From IMG/VR virus record IMGVR_UViG_3300017917_005108, positions 98,498-162,497 of that record: 64,000 nucleotides of DNA; one strand, 5' to 3'. The notes beneath the pieces are model-generated. The model had not been told where the DNA came from. It worked only from the letters and a program-made list of their open reading frames with translations, and made no database searches. Each line of letters opens with the position of its first letter. Position 1 is the first letter of the stretch. Positions 1 to 9,054 of the stretch are shown here, one piece after another. A program made the translations under genes and the position numbers. Origin of the DNA: a virus.

Positions 1-440
1 AACCCCCACGGTACAAAAGAGCATTTTTTTCCTAAAATAGTTGTATTAGTAACTTCTGAAATAATTGTAATGTTCTTCCAGCCGTCAAAAAGAGCTAATG
101 AATTTATATCAGCTCGGTCTTTATAGTAAGAATCGTGATTACCAACAATAATAACTATATTAAAATTTTTCCATATTTTGAATATTTCATTAACAACATG
201 TAGTGTGTTTACAGCAATTTCATCTCTATAGTGAAAAACGTCTCCTAGTATAAAGATGTCTTTGATATCTTGCTTCTCTAAAGATGTCTTAAGCCATTTA
301 GCCCAAGACAAAGCATTTTCATGCCAGAAAATACTATTCTGGTGAACGCCAATATGAAGGTCTGCAACACAGCAGACTTTATTGGTTTTAACTGTAAATT
401 CTTTAGTTTCCTGCGGTGTTATAGTTGTCGTCATCTCCAT
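1..440 (-). CDS. gp47: Recombination endonuclease subunit (T4 gp47/SbcD/Mre11-like metallophosphoesterase); 5' part only, runs off the window
   Basis: Manual translation from ATG at 440: MEMTTTITPQETKEFTVKTNKVCCVADLHIGVHQ...ILGDVFH...IVGNHD...FVPWG, with DxH, GD and GNHD motifs; lies next to gp55 as in T4-like phages. Missing from the ORF track. Confidence 0.9.
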   Translation of the reverse strand, partial: MEMTTTITPQETKEFTVKTNKVCCVADLHIGVHQNSIFWHENALSWAKWLKTSLEKQDIKDIFILGDVFHYRDEIAVNTLHVVNEIFKIWKNFNIVIIVGNHDSYYKDRADINSLALFDGWKNITIISEVTNTTILGKKCSFVPWG

Positions 441-1008
441 TATTGGAAGGGTCAACGTACAGATGGTAGTTAGCATCTTCACTCTTACTCGTCATAATAT
501 CAGTATAAACCCTGTCCTTGTAGTTAGTGACAGTTTCATGATGCTTCTTTTCTTTCTTAATACGGTTAATAAACGCATGAAATGCAATTGTAGTAAAATA
601 TGAAAAAGGACTAAAACCTGAATCTAGCTTAAACTTTTTATTTTTTAATGCTGATACCATCTTTACAATTGCATCGCCGATCATTTCTTCTTTATAGGAG
701 TAATTAATAAAATTTGGTGCATAAGATAACCCATGAGCTATCTTAGTGATTGAATCTCCAAGCTTAAGTGAAATGTGATCTGTCTTATAAAAGGTTCTAA
801 TTTCATCTTCAAATTCTTTACCGTTTACATAATGTACTTTTTCTTTTCCTCTTGGTTTTTTACCTTCTTTTAAAAGTTTAGTAGGGTCGGCAACTTTAAG
901 AGCTTCATCAACGGGAATGTCCTCTGTATCGGTATCTTCCAAGGGAAGATCTACCACATCCTTATTCTTGGACTTCTTTAACTTGGTACGAGATGTTTTC
1001 TTTTTCAT
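403..1008 (-). CDS. gp55: Late-transcription sigma factor (T4 gp55-like)
   Basis: HYVN...KIAHGLSYAPNFINYSYKEEMIGDA...PFSYFTTIAFHAFINRIKKEKK matches the gp55 signature; start at MKKK (1008) preferred over 1062. Confidence 0.92.
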   Translation of the reverse strand: MKKKTSRTKLKKSKNKDVVDLPLEDTDTEDIPVDEALKVADPTKLLKEGKKPRGKEKVHYVNGKEFEDEIRTFYKTDHISLKLGDSITKIAHGLSYAPNFINYSYKEEMIGDAIVKMVSALKNKKFKLDSGFSPFSYFTTIAFHAFINRIKKEKKHHETVTNYKDRVYTDIMTSKSEDANYHLYVDPSNNGDDDNYNTAGN

Positions 1009-2428
1009 AAAGTGCTTTTCTTTTTTGGAAATGCTGATAACCATATTGCAAGTTATCAGCAACGTCTACTATTATAAGCTTATCCTTATCCTTATGCAAC
1101 CGTAAACCTCTTCCTATCGACTGTAATATCTTAATTTTTGCTTTTCCGCCGCCTGCAAAAACAATATAGTGAAGATTTTTAATATTAATACCTGTGGAAA
1201 ATATCTTTGAAATAGCTACCACAATAATATTATGATGCTCTTCCATAAGTTTTCTAACTTTTTCTCTCTCTTCTACTTCTACTTCTCCTCTTATATAAAA
1301 CACCTGCTTATCGTTACATTTTTCTTTTATGCTATTATAGAGAATTTCACCGTGTTCAATATAGTCAACAAGAATTAATGTATTTTTTACGGTGCCACAG
1401 GAAAATTTTGACAGTAAGTTATTTCTAAAATTATTTTTTATTAGAAAAGAAATCTCAGCTCTATATCTATCAGAAGCGTTTATTAGTTCCTTAGGATATT
1501 GCGGTAGTGTGGTATAATTTAACTGAAGAACTACAACACTAACATTACTAACATAGTTTTCTAATCTCAGTTGATAGCTAGATTTTTCATATAAAACCTG
1601 CCCAATCTTTCCTATTATATTCCATTGATCTAATAAACACTCAGGCATAGTACCTGTAAATCCAAACCTAACAGGCGTTTTTATTATTTTAAATAATTTG
1701 TTTACCTCGTTACCTCTTCTTATTTTATGAACTTCATCTACTATCAATACATCTATATTTTCTAGCCAACTTAGGTCACTATTTTTGCTTTGTAAAATTC
1801 CAAGATTGGCAATAATAACGTTTGAGGTATCGTTTTTTCCATCTTCTAATGGATATGACCCCGTCCATCTGCGTGTAGAAAAGGGTACATTATAAGAACT
1901 AAAATCAGTAAATGTTTGTGTTACTAACCCAAGATCGGGAACTATATACAAACATTTAAATTTTTGGCCATATAGTAAAAATAATTTTGTGAGAAGTGAT
2001 GCAGCAGTTAGAGTTTTTCCGCCTGCAGTTGCAAGTACTATAGTACCTCTACCAGTATTATACGCGGTTTTAACTATCTCTTCTTGATAATCTCTTAGAG
2101 GTAGTGCTAATTGAACTATAGATGAATTAAACCTATGGTCTTTTTGCCAGATTCTTGATGGTTTAATAACATTTAAAAGTTCTTCCTCTACTTTGATTTC
2201 ATCAGAATATTGATTAGTGATAAAGTATTTTTTAATTTCTACTGCTAAGCAGGGATCAAATCTACCGGTGGCTGTAATAGCATAAGTGCGCTGTGGTGCA
2301 AATCTTCCATAGCCTCTTATAAACTTTGCTGCTTCATTTTTAATAGAAAAGTGTTCTCTAATTTCTTCTAATCTGTCACTAACAAGCAAACCTACGCCTT
2401 TTTTTGCATCGTATTTTAGTTCTGTCAT
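962..2428 (-). CDS. uvsW: UvsW-like SF2 DNA helicase
   Basis: LRDYQ, ATAGGKT (Walker A), DEVH, TGT, STGINIKNLH, QSIGRGLR motifs. Confidence 0.93.
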   Translation of the reverse strand: MTELKYDAKKGVGLLVSDRLEEIREHFSIKNEAAKFIRGYGRFAPQRTYAITATGRFDPCLAVEIKKYFITNQYSDEIKVEEELLNVIKPSRIWQKDHRFNSSIVQLALPLRDYQEEIVKTAYNTGRGTIVLATAGGKTLTAASLLTKLFLLYGQKFKCLYIVPDLGLVTQTFTDFSSYNVPFSTRRWTGSYPLEDGKNDTSNVIIANLGILQSKNSDLSWLENIDVLIVDEVHKIRRGNEVNKLFKIIKTPVRFGFTGTMPECLLDQWNIIGKIGQVLYEKSSYQLRLENYVSNVSVVVLQLNYTTLPQYPKELINASDRYRAEISFLIKNNFRNNLLSKFSCGTVKNTLILVDYIEHGEILYNSIKEKCNDKQVFYIRGEVEVEEREKVRKLMEEHHNIIVVAISKIFSTGINIKNLHYIVFAGGGKAKIKILQSIGRGLRLHKDKDKLIIVDVADNLQYGYQHFQKRKALYEKENISYQVKEVQE

Positions 2429-2814
2429 GTTGTCTCAAGCTTTATAATTTCTAAAACATTTTTTACATCAAAAGATGCACTGCTTAATGTCTTTTCAGCT
2501 TTCTCTAAAAGCTCTACTACTAGTTCTAATTCTTTTATTTTTATATCAAAATCTTTTATTTCATTAGCATTATCTACTGTTTTTTCTAGAACAGGCATTG
2601 AAAGCTTGACAGATGAAGTTTCATTTAATTTTTTTACCAAGTCTGATTTAAGCTTATCTTTATCTTTTTTTAATTTAGAAATTTCTAGCTTGTGTCTAAT
2701 TAGTCGTCCTGCCCACTTATGCTTAATTCCAGGTAATTTTAATGCATAATCCTTAAGATAAAGTTCATCAATCTTAAGATCACTTTCTAATTCTTTTATA
2801 TAATTGTCTAGCAC
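2425..2814 (-). CDS. uvsY: UvsY-like recombination mediator
   Basis: 129 aa helical protein (DLKIDE...P.IKHKW...) directly upstream of uvsW, the T4-like synteny. Confidence 0.75.
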   Translation of the reverse strand: MLDNYIKELESDLKIDELYLKDYALKLPGIKHKWAGRLIRHKLEISKLKKDKDKLKSDLVKKLNETSSVKLSMPVLEKTVDNANEIKDFDIKIKELELVVELLEKAEKTLSSASFDVKNVLEIIKLETT

Positions 2815-2847
2815 ACATAAATAATAGTATAAGTTTTTTAATTATCA

Positions 2848-3078
2848 ATGATAACGTTTAAACAATATTTTAATGAGCAAAACGTGGCAGGCGGAACAGG
2901 TAGTGTTTTTGGCCCTGGAAATGCAGCTCCAATAGGAAGTACCGGCGGGTCTTTTCCTGCTACAGGTGATACAGCTTTTGCACCAGGTGATTATAGGCTG
3001 CCAAAAATACTTGGAGCTAAAACATTAAAGAAAAAGAAGAAGTCTTATATTCAGAGAAGACCTTTTATTGGTGTATAG
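2848..3078 (+). CDS. Small putative internal head protein
   Basis: Starts MITFKQYFNE (capsid-targeting-like leader); Gly-rich body, basic C-terminus. Confidence 0.6.
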   Translation: MITFKQYFNEQNVAGGTGSVFGPGNAAPIGSTGGSFPATGDTAFAPGDYRLPKILGAKTLKKKKKSYIQRRPFIGV

Positions 3079-3084
3079 GTTGTC

Positions 3085-3090
3085 TAAATA
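3085..3090 (+). promoter_or_regulatory. T4-type late promoter core TAAATA, 5 nt before GTG start
   Basis: TAAATA-gactt-GTG; the same geometry recurs at many late genes. Confidence 0.65.
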
Positions 3091-3095
3091 GACTT

Positions 3096-3509
3096 GTGGA
3101 TACAGGTCATTGGTTACTAAGAGAAGGAGTTAAAATAGATGAGAATACTTTTGGCTTTATATATGAAATTATAAACAAAATAAATGGAAAGAAGTATATT
3201 GGAAAAAAGCAGTGTAAATCTAAGTTAAAAAGAAAGCCATTAAAGGGTAAGAAGAATAAGAGAATAGAAATAAAAGAATCTGATTGGAAGGATTATACTT
3301 CTTCATCTAAAGAATTAAATGAAGATATACAAAAATACGGAAAAGAAAATTTTGAATTTATTATTATAAGAGAATGCGGTTCAAAGTGGGAATTGGCTTA
3401 TTTTGAAATAAAAGAACAGATTGAAAAAAATGTTTTAATGAAGGATGATTATTATAATGGTATAATAAATGTTCGAATTGGAAGGCCGCCGAAGAAATTT
3501 CTTGATTAG
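3096..3509 (+). CDS. GIY-YIG family endonuclease
   Basis: FGFIY-x10-KYIGKK, conserved R, E and YYN motifs. Confidence 0.85.
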   Translation: MDTGHWLLREGVKIDENTFGFIYEIINKINGKKYIGKKQCKSKLKRKPLKGKKNKRIEIKESDWKDYTSSSKELNEDIQKYGKENFEFIIIRECGSKWELAYFEIKEQIEKNVLMKDDYYNGIINVRIGRPPKKFLD

Positions 3510-3530
3510 GTTAAAGAGGTATTCCATAAT
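3502..3530 (+). promoter_or_regulatory. Sigma70-like promoter
   Basis: TTGATT-N17-CATAAT, 5 nt before ATG 3536. Confidence 0.55.
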
Positions 3531-3535
3531 ACAAT

Positions 3536-4099
3536 ATGCTAAAAGATCTTTTGCTGAAAGAATATAACATTCATATTATAAATTTTAGCTACATTTTTAA
3601 TAACTATATAGAAAAAGATTTGTTAGATGATCTTTATAAGTATGAGCTGTTAGGTGAGAAAAAAGATAAAACTATAAAGCGTTTGTTTTTTCATCATACA
3701 ATTTTTAACTTATGTAATTATTTGCTAAAAAATAGTGGTAGAGAAAAGATTGTTGTGTTTTTTGATAGTAATAATGTTTACGATAGTAATATAGCAAAAT
3801 ATATGAGTGAAGAGAAGGTAAAAAAGTATTTAGAAATGGTAGTTAAGAAAATAAAAACTATATTGCCTATAAGACTGTTTCACTCAACTTTTACATTTGA
3901 TTATTTTGTATTTAAATTTCTTAAAAAAGATGGTATAGGTAAAGAAACCCTATTTAAAATAAAGAAAGTTATAGATATCAGTGATTTTAATAAGTTTACA
4001 TTTGAAAAATGTAAGAAGTTTACTAAAAAAGAAGGTTTATTATTTTTAGATAAACATTATTTTAATACACTCAAATCTAAACAATTACTGCTTGTTTAA
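3536..4099 (+). CDS. Hypothetical protein, possibly a degenerate T4 RNase H/PIN-like N-terminal fold
   Basis: IHIINFS...LFFHHTIFNL...KIVVFFDS pattern resembles T4 rnh but lacks most catalytic acids. Confidence 0.45.
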   Translation: MLKDLLLKEYNIHIINFSYIFNNYIEKDLLDDLYKYELLGEKKDKTIKRLFFHHTIFNLCNYLLKNSGREKIVVFFDSNNVYDSNIAKYMSEEKVKKYLEMVVKKIKTILPIRLFHSTFTFDYFVFKFLKKDGIGKETLFKIKKVIDISDFNKFTFEKCKKFTKKEGLLFLDKHYFNTLKSKQLLLV

Positions 4100-4110
4100 T
4101 AAATACTTCT

Positions 4111-4581
4111 ATGGGATTTAAAGAAAAGCTTAACGAGTATGTTCTCTCTCTAGAACAAGATAATGCTCAACCAGTTGGACAGCCTCAACAGCAAGATGCT
4201 ACACAGCCTGTTACACAACAAATACCAGTTCCGATGCCAAAGAAAGGTGAAGAAAGTGGCACACAAAAAGTGGCACCCGAGGGATACGTTGAATTAGTGA
4301 GATTACTAGCAAAAGCTCTTGTTATGAATGTTCCACCGGAGTCTATTGATCAACTTTTTTCAACTGATATAAGTAAAGAAAATGCAGAAGCTGTTGCACA
4401 AGGTCTCCAGGATCTTATAGCAACTACTGGTAATTTTAAAGATAATCCAGAAAGAACAGAAAATAAAAACTTTTTAAAATTCTATAATTCTATTAATGAA
4501 AATAATTTTTATTCAAAAATGAAGACTATTATTTCTGCAATGAAGAAATATAGTAAAGATGTAGACATTAATTTAAAATGA
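4111..4581 (+). CDS. Hypothetical late protein (putative internal head protein)
   Basis: TAAATA at 4100-4105, 5 nt before ATG; starts MGFKEKLNE; Gln/Pro-rich linker. Confidence 0.65.
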   Translation: MGFKEKLNEYVLSLEQDNAQPVGQPQQQDATQPVTQQIPVPMPKKGEESGTQKVAPEGYVELVRLLAKALVMNVPPESIDQLFSTDISKENAEAVAQGLQDLIATTGNFKDNPERTENKNFLKFYNSINENNFYSKMKTIISAMKKYSKDVDINLK

Positions 4582-5717
4582 ATAAAAAATATAAACGTTT
4601 AGATGACGTTTACCTCAATAATACTTTTGGTAAAGTCGTGAAGCCAGTTGTTGGCATGCCTGAAAACTATATGGCTTTTTTTAAAGAATATGCAGAAGTT
4701 TTAATTCAAAAAGATCCGCCTAAGGGTGAAGTTAAGGACTATAAGGTATCAGATGATACTGCAAAAAAGCTTTCACAAGCTTTAGATGTAAAGGAGCCCA
4801 ATCAACAGGTTATAGTATCATACTTAAATCAAAAAGGATATTCAACTAATTCTTTTAAGGGAAAAGGGTTTGATGTAATAGTAGATACAGTTTTAGAAAA
4901 TAACGAACAAGATGTAGCTTCTTTTACTAATTTTATTAAAGGGACAGAAAAACCAAAACTTTTAAACAATTTATCCGGTAATTTAAAGGATATAGGTCAA
5001 AAGTATAATTTAAGTCCTAATATAATTCAGTCCTTAGCTACCTTAAGTTTATTAGATAATACAAGCAATGCAGTAGGTCCCGGTGAAATAGCTATTGGTG
5101 TACTTTTTGAAGACATAAAAAATAGTTCAACTACAGGTGACTTAGAGCTTAATGGTAAGAAAGTAGAAGTTAAAGGTTCAGGTGGTAGAATGGGATTGCA
5201 GCCTGGTAGATCTCCACAAACAGTAGATTCACTTATTTTTGTTGAACCTTTTTTAAAAAATAAAGAAACTATAGATAATTATAAAAACATAGTACTTAAT
5301 AGTAAGTACGGTCAAAGTGTTAGAGAGAAAGCGAATGATTTAATTTATAATTTGGTAGTAAGTTATAACTTTGTAAGTGATAAAAATGCTGTATATGAAC
5401 ACATTGTAAAAAAACTTGATGAGCTTTATGGCTATGGTGCAAGGCATGCAAGAGAATATATTACAAAGCCGTTATTACAGAGTGCAGATTATAATGCAAT
5501 AAAAAAAGCAATGTTTAAATTGTATGCTAGAGGTTATTTAGAAAAAAATAAAATTGATGGTTATCTTATTAATGTAAATAACAATTTAGATTATATTGTA
5601 ATTACTTTAGAGCAATTACTAGAGAGTGGTACAGGTTATATAGATACAGGTAAGCTAGTTGTTAGTAATTTTAGATTTAAAAATTTATATCCAAGTATTA
5701 ATATAGGAAAAATATAA
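4578..5717 (+). CDS. Protein with PD-(D/E)xK nuclease-like motif
   Basis: GPGEIA...GDLELNGKKVEVKG gives the E..D..ExK arrangement; start/stop-coupled to both neighbours. Confidence 0.6.
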   Translation: MNKKYKRLDDVYLNNTFGKVVKPVVGMPENYMAFFKEYAEVLIQKDPPKGEVKDYKVSDDTAKKLSQALDVKEPNQQVIVSYLNQKGYSTNSFKGKGFDVIVDTVLENNEQDVASFTNFIKGTEKPKLLNNLSGNLKDIGQKYNLSPNIIQSLATLSLLDNTSNAVGPGEIAIGVLFEDIKNSSTTGDLELNGKKVEVKGSGGRMGLQPGRSPQTVDSLIFVEPFLKNKETIDNYKNIVLNSKYGQSVREKANDLIYNLVVSYNFVSDKNAVYEHIVKKLDELYGYGARHAREYITKPLLQSADYNAIKKAMFKLYARGYLEKNKIDGYLINVNNNLDYIVITLEQLLESGTGYIDTGKLVVSNFRFKNLYPSINIGKI

Positions 5718-6931
5718 TGCAAACGTTTGAAGAGTTTTTAATACTTGAAGGTGGGGCTGCTGGTCATATGGCTCATCCGTTTGACTTAAATAGTGTAAAA
5801 ACTGGAAATGATTTAGTAAATTTTTTTAAAAAAGCACTATTGAGTGTTAAAAAACAAAAGACAAGTGTAAAGTTTGATGGTCTTAATATTAGTTTAAAGG
5901 TTGTAGAAGCTGATGGTAAGATGCAGTTTGCACTTGACAGGGGATCAAATAAACCTGCAGATATAAAAGGTATTACTATTGATAAATTAGAAGAAAGATT
6001 TGATAAAGGTCATGGAATGATACCGGTGGGTAAATTTGTTTTAGGTGTAATGAATAGTTCTATAGAATTAATAATGCCTGAGCTAAAGAAATTAGGTCTA
6101 TTAAGATCTAATAAATTTTTAAACACTGAATACGTTACAGGGCAAACTAATGTTACTGAGTATGATAGAAATATGATAGTATTTCATGGTGTTAATGAGT
6201 TTTTTGTAGAAAAGAGCAAACTTAGGGGTACATCTAAAAGAGTATCAAAAGAGGTTTCTTACAACAAGGCTTCTTTAAATGAGATGGTACAAAAATTAAA
6301 GCCAATATTTAAACAACATGAATTTGAAGTTTTTGGCCCTACACAGGCTTCACTAACAGGTGAAGTAGATTTTAGTGGTGCATTAAATTCAACACTAGGT
6401 ATAGCTTTTACAAAAAGTGATACAGAAACTAAATCTTTAAAAAATTGGTTATTTCAAGCTAAAAATCCAAAAAGTTTGTTTGTAAGAAGTGCTCAAAATA
6501 AAAAAATACCTGCTATGTCAAAAGCAAATTATTTATATGTTTTATCTGGTAAGCCTATAGATGCTTTGGTAGGTGAGAATAAGCAATATCAAAAAGCAAT
6601 TGCAGATGGAGCAATAATTTATCATGCAACAAGAATGCTCGGTAATGAGTTATTGAAAGCTATGGGGTCTGATGCAGGAGAGCTTGCTAAGCATGAAGGT
6701 GTTGTTTTAAGAGATATAAGTCTTGCTTCTGTACCGGTGAAGATAACCGGTGAATTTATTGTTAAAGGAATGGCTAGTCCTTTTCAAAAATCTGAAAATG
6801 AAGAGAATATTGGAGGTTATATAGGTGCAATAAATTATGCAAACACAACTGGAGACTATATGAATATAAAAGATTATGTCACTACTCCAGATTATGGCAC
6901 CCCTCCTCGTGTAGGAGGATTTACTACATGA
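5717..6931 (+). CDS. Ligase-superfamily nucleotidyltransferase-like protein (RNA ligase fold) with capsid-targeting-like leader
   Basis: Motif I SVKFDG, III FLNTEY, IIIa IVFHG, IV HEGVVLR, V VKITG; N-terminus MQTFEEFLILE. Confidence 0.65.
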   Translation: MQTFEEFLILEGGAAGHMAHPFDLNSVKTGNDLVNFFKKALLSVKKQKTSVKFDGLNISLKVVEADGKMQFALDRGSNKPADIKGITIDKLEERFDKGHGMIPVGKFVLGVMNSSIELIMPELKKLGLLRSNKFLNTEYVTGQTNVTEYDRNMIVFHGVNEFFVEKSKLRGTSKRVSKEVSYNKASLNEMVQKLKPIFKQHEFEVFGPTQASLTGEVDFSGALNSTLGIAFTKSDTETKSLKNWLFQAKNPKSLFVRSAQNKKIPAMSKANYLYVLSGKPIDALVGENKQYQKAIADGAIIYHATRMLGNELLKAMGSDAGELAKHEGVVLRDISLASVPVKITGEFIVKGMASPFQKSENEENIGGYIGAINYANTTGDYMNIKDYVTTPDYGTPPRVGGFTT

Positions 6932-7485
6932 CATTTAGAAAATTTTTTTTAGAGCAAGTACATAACTCAATAGTAATACTACCTGGTGGATTTAAGCCAC
7001 CGCATAAAGGTCATTTTGAAGCATTAAAGTTTTTGCTTAAAAATTCAGATGCAAAAAAAGCTATTGTATTAGTAGGTGCAGCAGAAAGAGATGGCATTAA
7101 CCAGGATCAATCTATAAAAATATGGAATATATATAAAAAATATATTCCTGCTGAAGTTGAAATTGTTCCGGTTGTTGGTGTAGATAAAGCAGGAAGACCA
7201 GCTACACCTCTTAGTATGACATATGATTTTATAGAAGATAATCAAAACAGCTATAACAAATTTTATGTTGGTGCAGGTACAGAGGATTTAGCAAGATTTA
7301 AAGGGTTAGAAAAAGATAAAAACAAATATAAAGGTGCATTTATTGTATCCATACCACCACAATTTAGTAGAATATCAGGCACTGAAACTAGAAAACTATT
7401 ATCAAAAAAAGATAAAACTGCCCTTAATTTTATACCAGCAGAAGTAAAAGAAAGAGAACAGATAGCTAAAATTTTAGGATTCTAA
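6928..7485 (+). CDS. HxGH-family nucleotidyltransferase (cytidylyltransferase/NMNAT-like)
   Basis: GGFKPPHKGH and C-terminal ISGTETRK motifs; N-terminus MTFRKFFLE. Confidence 0.85.
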   Translation: MTFRKFFLEQVHNSIVILPGGFKPPHKGHFEALKFLLKNSDAKKAIVLVGAAERDGINQDQSIKIWNIYKKYIPAEVEIVPVVGVDKAGRPATPLSMTYDFIEDNQNSYNKFYVGAGTEDLARFKGLEKDKNKYKGAFIVSIPPQFSRISGTETRKLLSKKDKTALNFIPAEVKEREQIAKILGF

Positions 7486-8181
7486 CTGTTTAATTATTTC
7501 TATAAAAAGCTTTTCTTTTGTTTCTTTTGATTCCTTAGTGAGTACTTTCTTTAAGTTATCTATTAAAGAATCACCGCCTTTAGCAATAGCGTTATATAAA
7601 TCAATTTCCGTTTCTTCCTGCAGCCCACCAGCAGTTAATAATTGATTTTTAAATTGTTCAAAATCTTTATAGCCAAAAACAGAGTTTAAATTATCATGTG
7701 CTTTAGAAATTTTATCTAATACCCAAGCTTCAACTCCATCGCCACCCCTCATTAAAGGATAAAGCATAGAAGATAGTTTAAAGATTCTAAAAATTAACTG
7801 CTTTGCCATATAAGAATCGGAATCTGTATCTTCATGATCTACGCCACAGCTACCGCCGCACTCTTCACATCCTTCATCTTCTTCTGGAGTTTCTTCTGCT
7901 TGACCGGGTACAGCGGCCTGGGGGCCAGTTGCTGGTTGTGTTGTTGTGGTTGTACTAGTTTGAGTAGAAGGGGCTAGTATTTGCGCAGTCACCATTCTTT
8001 TCATAGGTTCAGTTGGTGCTTTTTGAACTACTCCATCTTTAACAATCTTCTTATCTACTTTAGATCTTTTTTCGGGAGATAGACCTTCACTTGGACCATC
8101 TTGAACCATTTGGCCCATATTAAGTTCCATTATGTTTTTTGCATATGCTTCATTAAGAAGCTCAAAATCTTTCTTAAACAT
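7474..8181 (-). CDS. Putative internal virion protein
   Basis: Starts MFKKDFELLNE; acidic/Thr-rich linker; MAKQL...VEAWVLDKISKA helical domain recalled from T4-like phage virion proteins; TAAATA upstream. Confidence 0.6.
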   Translation of the reverse strand: MFKKDFELLNEAYAKNIMELNMGQMVQDGPSEGLSPEKRSKVDKKIVKDGVVQKAPTEPMKRMVTAQILAPSTQTSTTTTTQPATGPQAAVPGQAEETPEEDEGCEECGGSCGVDHEDTDSDSYMAKQLIFRIFKLSSMLYPLMRGGDGVEAWVLDKISKAHDNLNSVFGYKDFEQFKNQLLTAGGLQEETEIDLYNAIAKGGDSLIDNLKKVLTKESKETKEKLFIEIIKQLES

Positions 8182-8229
8182 ATCTATTATTATTTATTAA
8201 AATTTGAGTTAAACTTATAAATATTATTA

Positions 8230-8526
8230 ATGAAATCTTTTGAGACATTGTTTTTAGAATCTATTAATAATGATCTTGTTAGTGAGAAATCTAGCGCTAG
8301 ATGCACAAAAGTTACTCAAAAGGCTTCATCCACAAGACCAGGTAAAAAATGGATGAAATGTGTTAAGTCTGGTTCTGGATATAAAAGAATACATTGGGGT
8401 CAAGCAGGAGTAAGAGTAACAGGAAAATCAGGAAATACTAAGCGTAAAAAGTCATTTAGAGCACGTCATAAATGCAGTTCAGCAAAACCAGGTACACCAA
8501 GATATCAAGCTTGTAAGGATTGGTAA
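8230..8526 (+). CDS. Small basic Cys-containing protein, putative internal head protein
   Basis: TATAAATA upstream; starts MKSFETLFLE; KKSFRARHKC...RYQACKDW motif common in T4-like phages. Confidence 0.7.
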   Translation: MKSFETLFLESINNDLVSEKSSARCTKVTQKASSTRPGKKWMKCVKSGSGYKRIHWGQAGVRVTGKSGNTKRKKSFRARHKCSSAKPGTPRYQACKDW

Positions 8527-8527
8527 T

Positions 8528-8659
8528 ATGAAATCGTTTAAACAATATTTTTTAGAAAAAAAAGTTGCTCCACGTGGTGTATGTTGGAAGGGTTATAAGA
8601 TGGTTGGTATGAAGAAAAAAGGTAATAAAGAAGTTCCTAATTGTGTACCAAAAAAATGA
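8528..8659 (+). CDS. 43-aa basic peptide, putative internal head protein
   Basis: Manual translation MKSFKQYFLEKKVAPRGVCWKGYKMVGMKKKGNKEVPNCVPKK; its stop overlaps the next ATG. Confidence 0.75.
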   Translation: MKSFKQYFLEKKVAPRGVCWKGYKMVGMKKKGNKEVPNCVPKK

Positions 8660-9054
8660 AGACATTTAAAAATTTTTTTATAGAAAAAGTAGTACTGTCT
8701 GTTAAAGAGCCTATAGAAATTATAGGGGCAGGTAAGGCTGATGCTAAGGTAGATACAGGTAATGAAGCTTTCAACGTACTTCATGGTGTAGATATAAAAG
8801 AAGAAAATGGTGAAGCAATCTTTAAAACAATTAATAATAAAGTATTAAAGAAAAAAATAATTGATAGTGTTTCTATTAATATTGGTAGTGGTAATATAGA
8901 AAAAAGACCTGTTGTTGAAGTTGAATTTATCCTACACGGTAAAAACTATAAAAGGCCTTTTAGTTTAGCAGATAGAAGTACAAATGATGAGCCTATTTTA
9001 TTGGGAGAAATTTTCTTAAAAGAAATAGATGCTGTTGTTGATGTTAACATCTAG
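8656..9054 (+). CDS. Retropepsin-like aspartic protease (RimK-associated 'ATP-dependent zinc protease' family)
   Basis: AKVDTG, E.RPVV, FSLADRS, ILLG motifs; likely start MKTFKNFFIE at 8656. Confidence 0.8.
   Translation: MKTFKNFFIEKVVLSVKEPIEIIGAGKADAKVDTGNEAFNVLHGVDIKEENGEAIFKTINNKVLKKKIIDSVSINIGSGNIEKRPVVEVEFILHGKNYKRPFSLADRSTNDEPILLGEIFLKEIDAVVDVNI

Noticed and set aside
3096-3509. GIY-YIG gene as a mobile homing endonuclease
   Set aside because: Catalytic domain only, no DNA-binding tail and no interrupted gene; more likely a resident nuclease.
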